From the NCBI GenBank assembly GCA_963784445.1, contig CAWARO010000002.1:563733-627732 (forward strand): a stretch of 64,000 nucleotides of DNA. Reading direction: 5' to 3'. The notes beneath the pieces were generated by a model, which made no database searches, was not told the origin of the DNA, and worked only from the letters and a program-made list of their open reading frames with translations. A program made the translations under genes and the position numbers. Positions 47,657 through 56,674 of this stretch are shown here, one piece after another. Positions within the stretch are counted from its first letter, which is position 1, and each line of letters begins with the position of its first letter. This DNA is from an uncultured Acidimicrobiia bacterium. Lineage in GTDB: Bacteria > Acidobacteriota > Vicinamibacteria > Vicinamibacterales > UBA2999.

Positions 47657-48256
47657 TTGGCGCGCGGACACCTGATAGCGATCGAGGGACTAGATCAAAG
47701 CGGAAAGCAAACACAGGCGGAGCGTTTGCTCGCGGCCTTCCGCGCGAAGGGGCACGCAACCGAGTTCCTCACTTTTCCCGCCTACGAAACGGCCGTCGGC
47801 GACGAGATCGATAAGGCGTTGCATGGCCAGCGCGATTATCAGCCCGATACGCTGCAGCTGCTGTACATCGCGAATCGCTTCGAGTTCAAACCCAAGATTG
47901 AGTCGTGGCTTGCGGCCGGGACGATGGTGGTGTGCGATCGCTATCTCGCGTCGAGCATCGCCTACGGCGAGGCGCAAGGCGTTGATGGCGCGTGGCTGAC
48001 CGAGATCCAGCGCTTCCTGCCGCAACCGTCGCTGACCATCCTGCTCGACATCCCTCCGGACGCCTCGCTGAACCGGAAGCAAGTGGCGCGCGACAAGTTC
48101 GAGCGCGATTTGCCGCTGCTGGGCCGGGTCCGGGAAAGCTACCTGCGCCAGGCCGGGCGATCGAAAGACTGGGTTCGCCTCGAAGGCCATCAGGACAAGG
48201 ACGCGGTGTCGGCCGCGGTGACTAGCGCCGTGCGGTCACGACTCGGGCTGCTGTAA
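47657..48256 (+). CDS. tmk: dTMP (thymidylate) kinase
   Basis: The TTG start lies 2 nt after the lysA stop. The P-loop is IAIEGLDQSGKQTQ, followed by a DRY motif (VCDRYLASS). Length is ~199 aa. Confidence 0.85.
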   Translation: MARGHLIAIEGLDQSGKQTQAERLLAAFRAKGHATEFLTFPAYETAVGDEIDKALHGQRDYQPDTLQLLYIANRFEFKPKIESWLAAGTMVVCDRYLASSIAYGEAQGVDGAWLTEIQRFLPQPSLTILLDIPPDASLNRKQVARDKFERDLPLLGRVRESYLRQAGRSKDWVRLEGHQDKDAVSAAVTSAVRSRLGLL

Positions 48257-49073
48257 GGGCTCTCACTTCTGTCACGCCCGCGCTTCGCAGGACGCGCGCA
48301 CAACTTTCTAAGGTTGCCCCGGTCGTTGCGACGTCGTCTATCAGCACCACGACGCCGGGATCCGGGATCCGGAATCTGGGATCCGGACGAAATGCAAAGG
48401 CATCCCTCACGTTCGCTTTGCGCTCATGTTTCGGCAGATCGATTTGAGATTGCGTGAAGACAATGCGCTTCAGCAAGGGGAGAACCGGCGGCCCGAGATG
48501 CAAGGCGAGATCGTGCGCTTGATTGAATCCGCGACTGTATTCACGTCGCGGGTGCAACGGAACCGGCACCACGCAATCCGCATCACGTAACAACTCCGCG
48601 CCCCGCTCACGCATCAGCGCACCGAGGCGCGGCGAAATCGAGCGGCGCCGATCGTATTTCAACGCGTGAATGATGTCCTTCATCCGGCCGTCATATTCGT
48701 CCACGGCGGCCGCCCAGCTGATGGCGTGCGAGGCGTCGAAGCGGACCTCCAGCGCCGTCAGGCGCCGAATGCTGGCCCAGCACACCTCGCACACCGACCC
48801 GTCGAGCGGGTGACGCAGGCGCTCGCGACAGGCCGCGCATGGCGGCTCGAATAACGACGAAAGAAGAAGGTTGGTGAGCCTACGCCACGTCGGGGAACTC
48901 GATGCGCGTGGCGCTGCCCCAGAGGCGATCGAGACCGTAGAAATCGCGGGCGTGCTTCGAGAAGACGTGGACGACGAAATCGAAGTAGTCGAGGAGCACC
49001 CACTCGGCGCGGGCGTAGCCTTCCACCAGCGATGGGCGCTGCTTCTGGGCCTTGAGGGCGTCTTCCACCGCAT
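48222..49073 (-). CDS. comF: ComF-family phosphoribosyltransferase-like protein (start unresolved)
   Basis: Two CxxC pairs (CAACRERL...CEVCW) and the PRT motif VVVLIDDVATTGATL are present. Conserved sequence begins near 48885. Upstream codons overlap rsfS out of frame and look non-coding. No ATG, GTG or TTG exists between 48885 and 49073. Confidence 0.7.
   Translation of the reverse strand: MRWKTPSRPRSSAHRWWKATPAPSGCSSTTSISSSTSSRSTPAISTVSIASGAAPRASSSPTWRRLTNLLLSSLFEPPCAACRERLRHPLDGSVCEVCWASIRRLTALEVRFDASHAISWAAAVDEYDGRMKDIIHALKYDRRRSISPRLGALMRERGAELLRDADCVVPVPLHPRREYSRGFNQAHDLALHLGPPVLPLLKRIVFTQSQIDLPKHERKANVRDAFAFRPDPRFRIPDPGVVVLIDDVATTGATLESCARVLRSAGVTEVRALTAARVVTARR
48355..48389. repeat. 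Five GGGATCC-type heptamers inside the comF coding sequence
   Basis: ccgggat ccgggat ccggaat ctgggat ccggacg, translated on the minus strand as RPDPRFRIPDPG immediately before the PRT motif. Confidence 0.75.
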
Positions 49074-49311
49074 CGGCAATGGCCTGCACCTGCCGCGGAT
49101 TGGCCGCCGAGCAGATCACGAAGTAGTCCGTGAACGCGCCCGCCTTCTTCAGGTCGAGCACCACCACGCCGTGTGCCTTCTTATCGCGGGCCGCATCGAC
49201 GACGGCCTGGATCTGCTTCGGCAACTTTGACGGCGACGCTTTAGAGCTGGCCTCGCCGGAGCCTTGGCGTAGGCGGGTTCGGGGTTTCCGCTGGCTGGTT
49301 GTCTTTGCCAT
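48880..49311 (-). CDS. rsfS: Ribosome silencing factor RsfS
   Basis: The core is VVVLDLKKAGAFTDYFVICSAANPRQVQAIADAV...EWVLLDYFDFVVHVF, preceded by a basic N-terminal extension. Confidence 0.9.
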   Translation of the reverse strand: MAKTTSQRKPRTRLRQGSGEASSKASPSKLPKQIQAVVDAARDKKAHGVVVLDLKKAGAFTDYFVICSAANPRQVQAIADAVEDALKAQKQRPSLVEGYARAEWVLLDYFDFVVHVFSKHARDFYGLDRLWGSATRIEFPDVA

Positions 49312-49316
49312 GCAAG

Positions 49317-49952
49317 TTAATGACCGACGTAAAGACGATGGGCTTGGATGTACTTGGCGACCGAATCCGGGACGAGACCGAAGAGAGGCTGACCCGCGCG
49401 GACGCGTCGTCGAATGTCGGTCGAGGAAATGTCGGGAGTGTTGGATTCGACGAGAATCACTCGGGTTTCTTCGCTGCCGAGGTCACGGAGTGCGGACGGA
49501 GAACACGGAGGGTGATGCTTGAACGCGGACGGCACTCGCTCACGTAATGAGTCTAACGTGATTCCGGGCCGCGAGACGACGACGAAATTTGCCAGGTCGA
49601 GCACGTCCGGGTACCGGAACCAGGTGGCAATTTCCGCAAAGGCATCGGCCCCGAGAATGAAGAAGACTTGCGTACTCTTCCGAAGCTCGGCCAATGTGTC
49701 GAACGTGTAAGACGGCCCTTCGCGATCGATCTCGATTCGCGACGCCGACCAGCCCCGCTCCGCCGCCGCAAGCGACGCCATTTCGTACCGTTGTTCGGCA
49801 CTTGCCCCTACGGGATCCGCGCGATGCGGCGGAATGCGGGACGGGACGAGCACGATGGAGTCGAGGTCGAGCGACTGTTGGGCAGCAGCGGCCGCCGCGA
49901 GGTGGCCGTGGTGAATGGGATCGAACGTGCCGCCGAGCACACCCAGCGTCAT
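49317..49952 (-). CDS. nadD: Nicotinate-nucleotide adenylyltransferase
   Basis: [15 protein letters not shown] and ISSTDIRRR are present. The start overlaps the obgE stop by 4 nt. Confidence 0.9.
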   Translation of the reverse strand: MTLGVLGGTFDPIHHGHLAAAAAAQQSLDLDSIVLVPSRIPPHRADPVGASAEQRYEMASLAAAERGWSASRIEIDREGPSYTFDTLAELRKSTQVFFILGADAFAEIATWFRYPDVLDLANFVVVSRPGITLDSLRERVPSAFKHHPPCSPSALRDLGSEETRVILVESNTPDISSTDIRRRVRAGQPLFGLVPDSVAKYIQAHRLYVGH

Positions 49953-51112
49953 GAACGTTTTCTGGCGTGCTGCTTCTTTTGCGGCTTGCTGGTGCCGCCG
50001 GCCCGAAGGGGCGGGACGAGCGCGGGATTGTAGTCAGCCGGGACCTCGCGCTCTTCCTCGTCTTCCTGGTCGAGATCGATCGCCTGCAGCTCGAGCTCGC
50101 GGCCTTTTGCGATGATCGGCCACGCCGCTTCGATCAGGGCATTGACCCCTTCGCCGGTCACCGCGGAGATCTTGAAGAACTTCAGTTTCAACTTCTTCGC
50201 GCGCTTCTCGAGCGCGGTGACGCGTTTCGGATCGTCGAGCGCGTCGATCTTGTTGGCGGCCACCAGCTGCGGCTTGTCGAGCAATTCCGGGTTGTAGAGC
50301 TCGAGCTCGCGGCGGATGGTGTCGAAGTCTTCAACCGGGTCGCGTCCTGATTCGCTGGAGATGTCCACCAGGTGAATCAACACCTTGGTGCGCTCGATGT
50401 GGCGCAGGAACTGATGGCCGAGGCCGTGGCCCTCGTGCGCGCCTTCGATCAAGCCAGGAACATCGGCGACCACAAAACTGCGATCGCCGCTCAACGCGAC
50501 GACGCCGAGGTTCGGCGTGAGCGTGGTGAAGGGATAATTCGCAATCTTCGGTTTCGCCGCCGATACCACCGAGATGAGCGTGGACTTGCCGGCGTTGGGA
50601 AAACCGACGAGACCCACATCCGCGAGCAACTTCAGCGTGAGATGCAGATCGAATTCTTCACCGACCTCGCCCGGCTGCACCTTGCGCGGCGCGCGATTGG
50701 TCGACGTCGCGAAGTGCGCGTTGCCCAGCCCGCCGCGTCCGCCTTTCGCGAGCCGCACGCGCTGGCCGACGACGGTGAGGTCCGCTACCTGCGTGAGCTC
50801 GCCCGACTCGGGGTCCTTCGCGAAGATCAGCGTGCCAACCGGAACGGGGATGTCGAGATCCTTGCCGCCGCGTCCGGTCCTGAGCGCACCGGCGCCGTTG
50901 CCGCCGCGCTGCGCTTTGTATTCGGGATTGAACTGGAAGTGGACCAGCGTGTTGCGGTGCGGATCGGCCACCGCAAATACGGAACCGCCGACACCGCCGT
51001 TGCCCCCGTCAGGGCCGCCGCGCGGGACGAATTTCTCACGGCGGAAACTGAGTGAACCGCTGCCGCCGTGTCCTGCTGTGACGTGGATGTCGACTTCGTC
51101 GACGAACTGCAT
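49949..51112 (-). CDS. obgE: GTPase Obg/CgtA
   Basis: [45 protein letters not shown] forms the Obg fold. G1 is [10 protein letters not shown]3 is DVPGLIEGA and G4 is NKID. Confidence 0.95.
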   Translation of the reverse strand: MQFVDEVDIHVTAGHGGSGSLSFRREKFVPRGGPDGGNGGVGGSVFAVADPHRNTLVHFQFNPEYKAQRGGNGAGALRTGRGGKDLDIPVPVGTLIFAKDPESGELTQVADLTVVGQRVRLAKGGRGGLGNAHFATSTNRAPRKVQPGEVGEEFDLHLTLKLLADVGLVGFPNAGKSTLISVVSAAKPKIANYPFTTLTPNLGVVALSGDRSFVVADVPGLIEGAHEGHGLGHQFLRHIERTKVLIHLVDISSESGRDPVEDFDTIRRELELYNPELLDKPQLVAANKIDALDDPKRVTALEKRAKKLKLKFFKISAVTGEGVNALIEAAWPIIAKGRELELQAIDLDQEDEEEREVPADYNPALVPPLRAGGTSKPQKKQHARKRS

Positions 51113-51113
51113 T

Positions 51114-51187
51114 GGGGTCGGGGATCAGGGATCAGGGATCAGGGATCAGCGCACGTACCGATCCCCGATCCCCGATTCCCGATCCCT
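51114..51187. repeat. Long imperfect hairpin of GGGATC(A/G) heptamers between rpmA and obgE
   Basis: The left arm is ggggtcg gggatca gggatca gggatca gggatca. The loop is gcgcacgtac. The right arm is cgatccc cgatccc cgattcc cgatccc. Confidence 0.75.
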
Positions 51188-51447
51188 AATTCTCTACCGG
51201 ATGGATCGAGATGAAGCGTGCCGCGCTGGCCGTGGTCTTCGAACTTCACCTTGCCGGTGACCTTCGCAAACAACGTGTCGTCCTTGCCGAGGCCGACGTT
51301 GAGCCCGGGCCGATACTTGCGGCCGCGCTGACGCACGAGAATGGAGCCGCCGGTCACCAGGTTGCCGTCGAACCGCTTGACGCCAAGCCGCTGCGAGTTG
51401 CTGTCGCGGCCGTTACGAGACGATCCCTGTCCTTTTTTTGTAGCCAT
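51139..51447 (-). CDS. rpmA: 50S ribosomal protein L27, frame broken near 51219-51221 (expected stop at 51186-51188)
   Basis: [28 protein letters not shown]...[12 protein letters not shown] is canonical L27. The next frame reads [10 protein letters not shown], a canonical L27 C-terminus. The annotated frame instead runs into the heptamer hairpin (..[17 protein letters not shown]..). Confidence 0.9.
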   Translation of the reverse strand: MATKKGQGSSRNGRDSNSQRLGVKRFDGNLVTGGSILVRQRGRKYRPGLNVGLGKDDTLFAKVTGKVKFEDHGQRGTLHLDPSGRELGIGNRGSGIGTCADP

Positions 51448-51452
51448 TGCGC

Positions 51453-51770
51453 TTACACCTGGATGTCGGTAATGCGGACGCGTGTCAGATGGCTACGGTG
51501 GCCCTTGGTCCGACGGTACTGCTTGCGCCGCTTCTTTTTGAAGATGCGGACCTTCTTGCCTTTTTCCATCTCGCCGATCACGCCGAGCACCTTGGCGCCG
51601 GAGACGAACGGCGTGCCCGCCGTGACATCGCCCGCGTCGTTGCTGACGAGCAGGACCTGGTCGAACGACACCTCGCCGCCCGTTTCGCCGGCATTGTGGC
51701 CGTCGATGGCGATCACGGCGCCGGGTTCGACACGGAACTGGCGGCCAGAGGTCTTGATGATTGCAAACAC
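51453..51770 (-). CDS. rplU: 50S ribosomal protein L21
   Basis: GTG 51770 follows GGAGAG and gives (M)[16 protein letters not shown]..., canonical L21. The ORF-track start at 51827 is too long. Confidence 0.9.
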   Translation of the reverse strand: MFAIIKTSGRQFRVEPGAVIAIDGHNAGETGGEVSFDQVLLVSNDAGDVTAGTPFVSGAKVLGVIGEMEKGKKVRIFKKKRRKQYRRTKGHRSHLTRVRITDIQV

Positions 51771-51786
51771 GATATCTCTCCGGAAG

Positions 51787-51854
51787 GGCGGAACATTTGT
51801 TCCGCCGGGAACTGTTAAGGATACCACACGGTCACGCCGGAACTGAAGTTCCGG
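51787..51854. promoter_or_regulatory. Two similar palindromes (CGGAAC-N4-GTTCCG) upstream of rplU
   Basis: ggcggaac-attt-gttccgcc lies at 51787-51806 and ccggaac-tgaa-gttccgg at 51837-51854. They are 30 nt apart, between the lipoprotein gene stop and the rplU start. Confidence 0.35.
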
Positions 51855-51868
51855 CCTCCCGGCTCGGG

Positions 51869-52645
51869 CTACTTCAGGAGGGTCCTGGTTCCCTTTATCT
51901 TCTGTGCGCTCAACGTGTTAAGGAAGGCAGGTAGCAGCCGATCCATCAGCTCGAAGTAGGACGAGAGCGCCGGGGTCTGCTGGTTGGCGTTATACAGAAT
52001 CTCTTCCCGGAACGTCTCGCTGTGCAGCGTCTCGCCCGTGCGGCCGTCGATGAAGATAAATGTCGGGCGCAGGACGAAACCCTTGCGCTCCTGGTAGGTC
52101 CGGACCGGCACCACAATGCGGCGGCCGAACGGATCGTAGGTTTCCTGTTCGCGCTGCACGAACCCTGACCGCTGCTGCGGCGCAAACAGGATCGCGCCGG
52201 TCACGATCAGCGGCTGCTGATACTCCTCGCCGATCCGTTTCCAATACGCGACGTTCGCGAACAGGTGTTGGTACGGCTCCAGATCCTTTTCGTCGCTGAA
52301 CACTGGCGGCTTGTCTTGATCCTGCGGCGGCTGCGCGGCCTGTTGATCGGGCACGGGCGGTGTGGCCTCGGCACTATTCTGTTTCGCCACTTCGAGCAGC
52401 GGCAGCGTGTCGGCGTCGATCACGCGCATGATGCCCTTGTTTCGCAGCTGGCTGCGAAGCAGGCGCACCGTTTCCATGTTGGCGTCGACGTCTTCATTGG
52501 CGCCGGCGATGAAGCCGGCGATGAAGATGCGCTGGAACGAAGAGACATCCAGCTTGGGCGAGATGGGCGTCTCGATCGGGATCTCGGTGTAGCTCGTACA
52601 GGCCGAGATTGCAGCGAGGAGCGCCAATCCGAAGCAGTGTTGCAT
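51869..52645 (-). CDS. Hypothetical lipoprotein
   Basis: ATG 52645 gives MQHCFGLALLAAISAC, with a lipobox (ISAC). No further motif was recognised. Confidence 0.6.
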   Translation of the reverse strand: MQHCFGLALLAAISACTSYTEIPIETPISPKLDVSSFQRIFIAGFIAGANEDVDANMETVRLLRSQLRNKGIMRVIDADTLPLLEVAKQNSAEATPPVPDQQAAQPPQDQDKPPVFSDEKDLEPYQHLFANVAYWKRIGEEYQQPLIVTGAILFAPQQRSGFVQREQETYDPFGRRIVVPVRTYQERKGFVLRPTFIFIDGRTGETLHSETFREEILYNANQQTPALSSYFELMDRLLPAFLNTLSAQKIKGTRTLLK

Positions 52646-52667
52646 TTGCCGGCTGCCGGCCGGGCGT

Positions 52668-53021
52668 CTAGCGACCGTCTTTCTGAGCCGCGCGGTCATT
52701 GATTTCCTTGAAGAGATCGTAGTTCTGTCTCACCAGCGCGTTCTCAGGTTCCAGCGCGAGCGCTTTTTCGTAAGCGGCCCGCGCCTTCGCCAACTGTCCC
52801 TCGTGCTCGTAAGCAACGGCGAGGTTATTGAACGCGGCGGCATAAGAGGGATCCAGCTGGGTGGCGCGTTCCCAACGATAAATCGCCTCTTTCCATAGCC
52901 CACGCTGCGCAACCTGGATGCCGAACTCGACTTGTTCCTTGGCTTCTTTGCGCTGCGCCCACGCAGGGGACGCCGACGCCACGGCCATCAACAAAACGAG
53001 CCCGAGGATCCTTGCAGACAT
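52668..53021 (-). CDS. Secreted tetratricopeptide-repeat protein
   Basis: The signal peptide is MSARILGLVLLMAVASASPAWA. TPR consensus stretches include WKEAIYRWERATQLDPSYAAAFNNLAVAYEHEGQLAKARAAYEKALALEPEN. Confidence 0.75.
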   Translation of the reverse strand: MSARILGLVLLMAVASASPAWAQRKEAKEQVEFGIQVAQRGLWKEAIYRWERATQLDPSYAAAFNNLAVAYEHEGQLAKARAAYEKALALEPENALVRQNYDLFKEINDRAAQKDGR

Positions 53022-53145
53022 GTTGCCTTAAAAGCACTCTATACCCCTGTCCGCAAGCGGGCAAGTTAACAGTTGGCAGTTGCCATTTCGTCCCAAATCC
53101 GGCATCGTCGTCGGTGGTCAGGAGCAGCCAGCCCGTGTTTTGGGC

Positions 53146-53967
53146 ATGGATTGCATCTATCTAGGCACTTCTGAATATCCCCAGCTGCTCGCGGAAATCT
53201 CCAATCCCCCGGAATGTCTCTGGACGCGAGGCGCTCGCTCGCTCTTCTTGCGGCCGGCGATCGCAATTGTCGGCGCCCGGGACGCGTCTCGCGAAGGCGT
53301 GGAAATCGCGTATCAAATCGCGAGCGATCTGGCGCGTGCCGGCATCGTCGTCGTGAGCGGTCTGGCCCGCGGCATTGATTCGGCCGCGCACACCGGCGCG
53401 CTCGATGGGGGAGGCACGACGATCGCCGTCCTCGGCACCGGCATCGATCGGGTGTATCCGGCGGAAAACAAAGACCTGCACGAACGCATCGCGGCTCGCG
53501 GCCTGCTTGTGACGGAGTTTCAACCAGGCGCGCATGCCGAGCTGTTCCACTTTCCGCAACGCAATCGGATCATCAGCGGACTCTCGAAGGCGGTGGTCGT
53601 GGTGGAAGCGCGCGAGCGGAGCGGGTCGCTCATCACCGCGCGCCTGGCCGGGGATCAGAGCCGCGACGTGATGGTGGTGCCGGGCCCGACCCGTTCCGGC
53701 CAGAACCGCGGCGGACATGCCCTCTTGCGGGACGGGGCAAAGCTCGTGGAGTCTGCGGTCGATATCCTCCAAGAGCTAGGGTTCGATGCGACCGCGGTTC
53801 CCGTGCACGAAGCGCTGGAAAGCGTTGAATTTACGGTAGATGACATCGCTGAAAAGCTGAAGATTCCACCCGGCGAAGCGCTCGCGCGGCTCCTTGAATG
53901 GGAGCTGACCGGCGAAATTCAACGGATTGGATTAGGTCGGTTCGTTCGTTCCCGGAGTAAGGTGTAG
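53146..53967 (+). CDS. dprA: DNA-processing protein DprA (short form)
   Basis: Motifs include YPQLLAEISNPPECLW, IAIVGARDAS, SGLARGIDSAAH and FPQRNRIISGLS. A TTG at 53080 is an alternative longer start. Confidence 0.85.
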   Translation: MDCIYLGTSEYPQLLAEISNPPECLWTRGARSLFLRPAIAIVGARDASREGVEIAYQIASDLARAGIVVVSGLARGIDSAAHTGALDGGGTTIAVLGTGIDRVYPAENKDLHERIAARGLLVTEFQPGAHAELFHFPQRNRIISGLSKAVVVVEARERSGSLITARLAGDQSRDVMVVPGPTRSGQNRGGHALLRDGAKLVESAVDILQELGFDATAVPVHEALESVEFTVDDIAEKLKIPPGEALARLLEWELTGEIQRIGLGRFVRSRSKV

Positions 53968-53977
53968 AGATTCTCGA

Positions 53978-56674
53978 ATGCCGAAACCGCTCGTTATAGT
54001 TGAATCCCCCGCGAAAGCCCGGACCCTCGCAAGGTTCCTGGGCAGCAAGTACCGAGTGGAGGCCAGTTACGGTCACATCCGCGACCTGCCGGAGTCTGCG
54101 GCCGAAGTGCCGGCGGAAATAAAAGGCAAGTCGTGGGGCCGCTTGGGCGTCGACACCGACGGGGATTTCACGCCTTATTACGTGGTGCCTGCCGACAAGA
54201 AGAAGAACGTCACGGCGCTGAAGGCAGCCATGAAGGACGCCTCGGAGTTGATCCTCGCCACCGACCCGGACCGCGAAGGCGAGTCGATTAGCTGGCACCT
54301 GAAGGAACTGCTCAAGCCCAAAGTGAAAGTGCGCCGCATCGTGTTCCACGAGATCACGGAAGAAGCGGTGAAGGCGGCGCTCGCCGAAGCGCATGATGTG
54401 GACGAGAACCTCGTTCGCGCGCAGGAAAGCCGGCGCATTCTCGATCGTCTTTACGGCTACACGCTGTCGCCGGTGTTGTGGAAGAAGGTGCAGACCGGTC
54501 TCAGCGCGGGGCGCGTGCAGAGCGTGGCAGTGCGGTTGATCGTCGAGCGCGAAGAGGAACGCCTCGCGTTCCACACCGCGAGCTACTGGGATCTCGAAGC
54601 GAAGTTGCGGAGCGGCGCGAGCGAGTTCCCCGCGACGCTGGCCAAAGTGGGCGGGCAGCGCGTGGCCACCGGCAAGGATTTCGACAGCAAGGGCAACCTC
54701 ACCTCGACCAGCGTCAGGCTGCTCGGCGAGAAAGAGGCGCAGGCCCTGCGTGAGACGCTGATGCGGCGCCTCCCGTGGAGCGTCACCAGCGTCGAAGAGA
54801 AGCCGTTCACCAAGCGGCCTTCGCCGCCGTTCACCACCTCCACGCTGCAACAGGAAGCCAATCGCAAGCTGGGCTTCTCGTCCGAGCGGACCATGCAGAT
54901 CGCGCAGCGCCTGTTCCAGGGCATGGACCTTGGCGACGGTGATCTCGAAGGCTTGATTTCGTATCACCGCACGGACTCGACGACGCTCAGCACGAAGGCG
55001 TTAGCCGAGGCCGGTGAAGCGGTGAAGGAACTGTACGGCGCCGGGTTCCACAACCAGCGGCAGTATCAGACGAAGGTGCGCAACGCGCAGGAAGCGCACG
55101 AAGCGATCCGCCCGACGCATTTCCAGAAGACGCCCGCGTCGCTCGAGAAGATCCTCGAGAGCGACGAGCTGAAGATTTACGAGTTGATCTGGAAGCGCGC
55201 GGTGGCGTCGCAGATGGCCGACGCGAAGATGCTGCGCACCACCGTTGAAATTACCGGCGAGACCACCGACGGCGGCCCGGTCACGTTTAACGCGAGCGGC
55301 AACGCGATTGAGTTTGCCGGTTATCTGCGCGCGTATGTGGAGGGGTCGGACGATCCCACCGCGGCGCTCGACGAGCAGGAGACCATTCTGCCGAAGCTCG
55401 CCGTTGGCGATCAGGTGTGGTCGCCGGACAAGATTGACGAAGAGCTGATCCTGTTGGCGCTCGACGCGAAGGGCCACCAGACCTCGCCGCCCGCGCGTTA
55501 CACCGAAGCGTCGCTCGTGAAGCGTCTGGAAGAGGAAGGCATCGGCCGTCCCTCGACGTACGCGCCGACGGTGGCGACGATTCAGCGCCGCGGCTATGTG
55601 TCGCGCCAGGGCAAGGCACTGGTGCCGAGCTTCACCGCGTTTGCCGTCACGAGACTCCTCCGCAATCACTTCGCCGACTACGTCGACATCGGCTTCACCG
55701 CCGAAATGGAAGAGATCCTCGACAAGATCTCGAACGGCGAAAAAGACTGGCTCGTGTTCCTCGCCGAGTTCTACCGCGGCGACAAGAAGCATCGCGGCCT
55801 GGAACATCTCGTCGAGGACAAGGGCCAGGCGATCGAATACCCGGTGATTGAGCTGGGCACGGATCCGGAGAGTAACCTGCCGGTGCGCGTGCGCATCGGG
55901 CGCTACGGTCCGTTCCTGCAGCTCGGATCGCAGAACGACGGCGGCCCGCGCGCGTCGCTGCCCGAGGATCTCGCGCCGGCGGATCTCACGCTCGACAAGG
56001 CGATGGCGCTGCTCAAGGCGAAGGCGCAAGGGCCCAGGTCGCTCGGCGTCGACCCCACCACGGGTCAGCACATCTACGTGATGCACGGACGCTTCGGCGC
56101 GTATGTTCAGCTGGGCGAAACGCCGGAGGATCGCGACGAGAAGCCGCGCCGCGCGTCGCTTGGCCGCGACCACACCGAAGAAACGATCACGCTCGACGTC
56201 GCGCTGCGGCTGTTGTCGCTGCCGCGCGAGCTCGGCAAGGCCGAGGACGGCGAGCCGATTCTCGCCAACCTCGGACGGTTCGGCCCGTATGTGAAGCACG
56301 GCTCAGAGTTCCGCTCGCTCGAGGAATCAGACGACGTGTATACGATTGGCTTCGAGCGCGCGAAGGAGCTGCTGGCGCAGCCGAAGAAGTCGATGCGCCG
56401 CGCGAGCCAGGCGCCGAAGGAACTGAAGGCGCTTGGGAAACACCCAGAGAGCGGCGAGCCCGTGCGGATTCTCGACGGCCGTTACGGCCCCTATGTCACC
56501 GACGGCACCACCAATGCGTCGGTGCCGAAGGGCACGCAGGTCGAGGCCGTCACCATGGCCTCCGCCGTCGAACTGCTCAATGCCCGGGCCGGCATGTCGG
56601 TGAAAAAAGGTCGTGGCCGCAAGACGGCCAAGGTCGCCGCCAAAAAAACTGCGCCAAAGAAGAAGTCGGCGTAG
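53978..56674 (+). CDS. topA: DNA topoisomerase I
   Basis: The TOPRIM domain begins LVIVESPAKA. The DxD is in ATDPDREGE and the active-site Tyr in ISYHRTDST. There are four C-terminal GR(Y/F)GP(F/Y) repeats without Zn-finger cysteines, and a Lys-rich tail. Confidence 0.95.
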   Translation: MPKPLVIVESPAKARTLARFLGSKYRVEASYGHIRDLPESAAEVPAEIKGKSWGRLGVDTDGDFTPYYVVPADKKKNVTALKAAMKDASELILATDPDREGESISWHLKELLKPKVKVRRIVFHEITEEAVKAALAEAHDVDENLVRAQESRRILDRLYGYTLSPVLWKKVQTGLSAGRVQSVAVRLIVEREEERLAFHTASYWDLEAKLRSGASEFPATLAKVGGQRVATGKDFDSKGNLTSTSVRLLGEKEAQALRETLMRRLPWSVTSVEEKPFTKRPSPPFTTSTLQQEANRKLGFSSERTMQIAQRLFQGMDLGDGDLEGLISYHRTDSTTLSTKALAEAGEAVKELYGAGFHNQRQYQTKVRNAQEAHEAIRPTHFQKTPASLEKILESDELKIYELIWKRAVASQMADAKMLRTTVEITGETTDGGPVTFNASGNAIEFAGYLRAYVEGSDDPTAALDEQETILPKLAVGDQVWSPDKIDEELILLALDAKGHQTSPPARYTEASLVKRLEEEGIGRPSTYAPTVATIQRRGYVSRQGKALVPSFTAFAVTRLLRNHFADYVDIGFTAEMEEILDKISNGEKDWLVFLAEFYRGDKKHRGLEHLVEDKGQAIEYPVIELGTDPESNLPVRVRIGRYGPFLQLGSQNDGGPRASLPEDLAPADLTLDKAMALLKAKAQGPRSLGVDPTTGQHIYVMHGRFGAYVQLGETPEDRDEKPRRASLGRDHTEETITLDVALRLLSLPRELGKAEDGEPILANLGRFGPYVKHGSEFRSLEESDDVYTIGFERAKELLAQPKKSMRRASQAPKELKALGKHPESGEPVRILDGRYGPYVTDGTTNASVPKGTQVEAVTMASAVELLNARAGMSVKKGRGRKTAKVAAKKTAPKKKSA

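Noticed and set aside
46443-47759. 438-aa minus-strand ORF
   Set aside because: It is antisense to lysA and has no motifs.
10083-51447. Programmed ribosomal frameshifting as an explanation for the frame breaks
   Set aside because: I saw no shared slippery heptamer or downstream structure at the break sites. The affected genes are unrelated, and none belongs to a family known to use recoding.
53831-56299. Minus-strand ORFs 53831-54967 (378 aa) and 55001-56299 (432 aa)
   Set aside because: They are antisense to topA, which is unambiguous.
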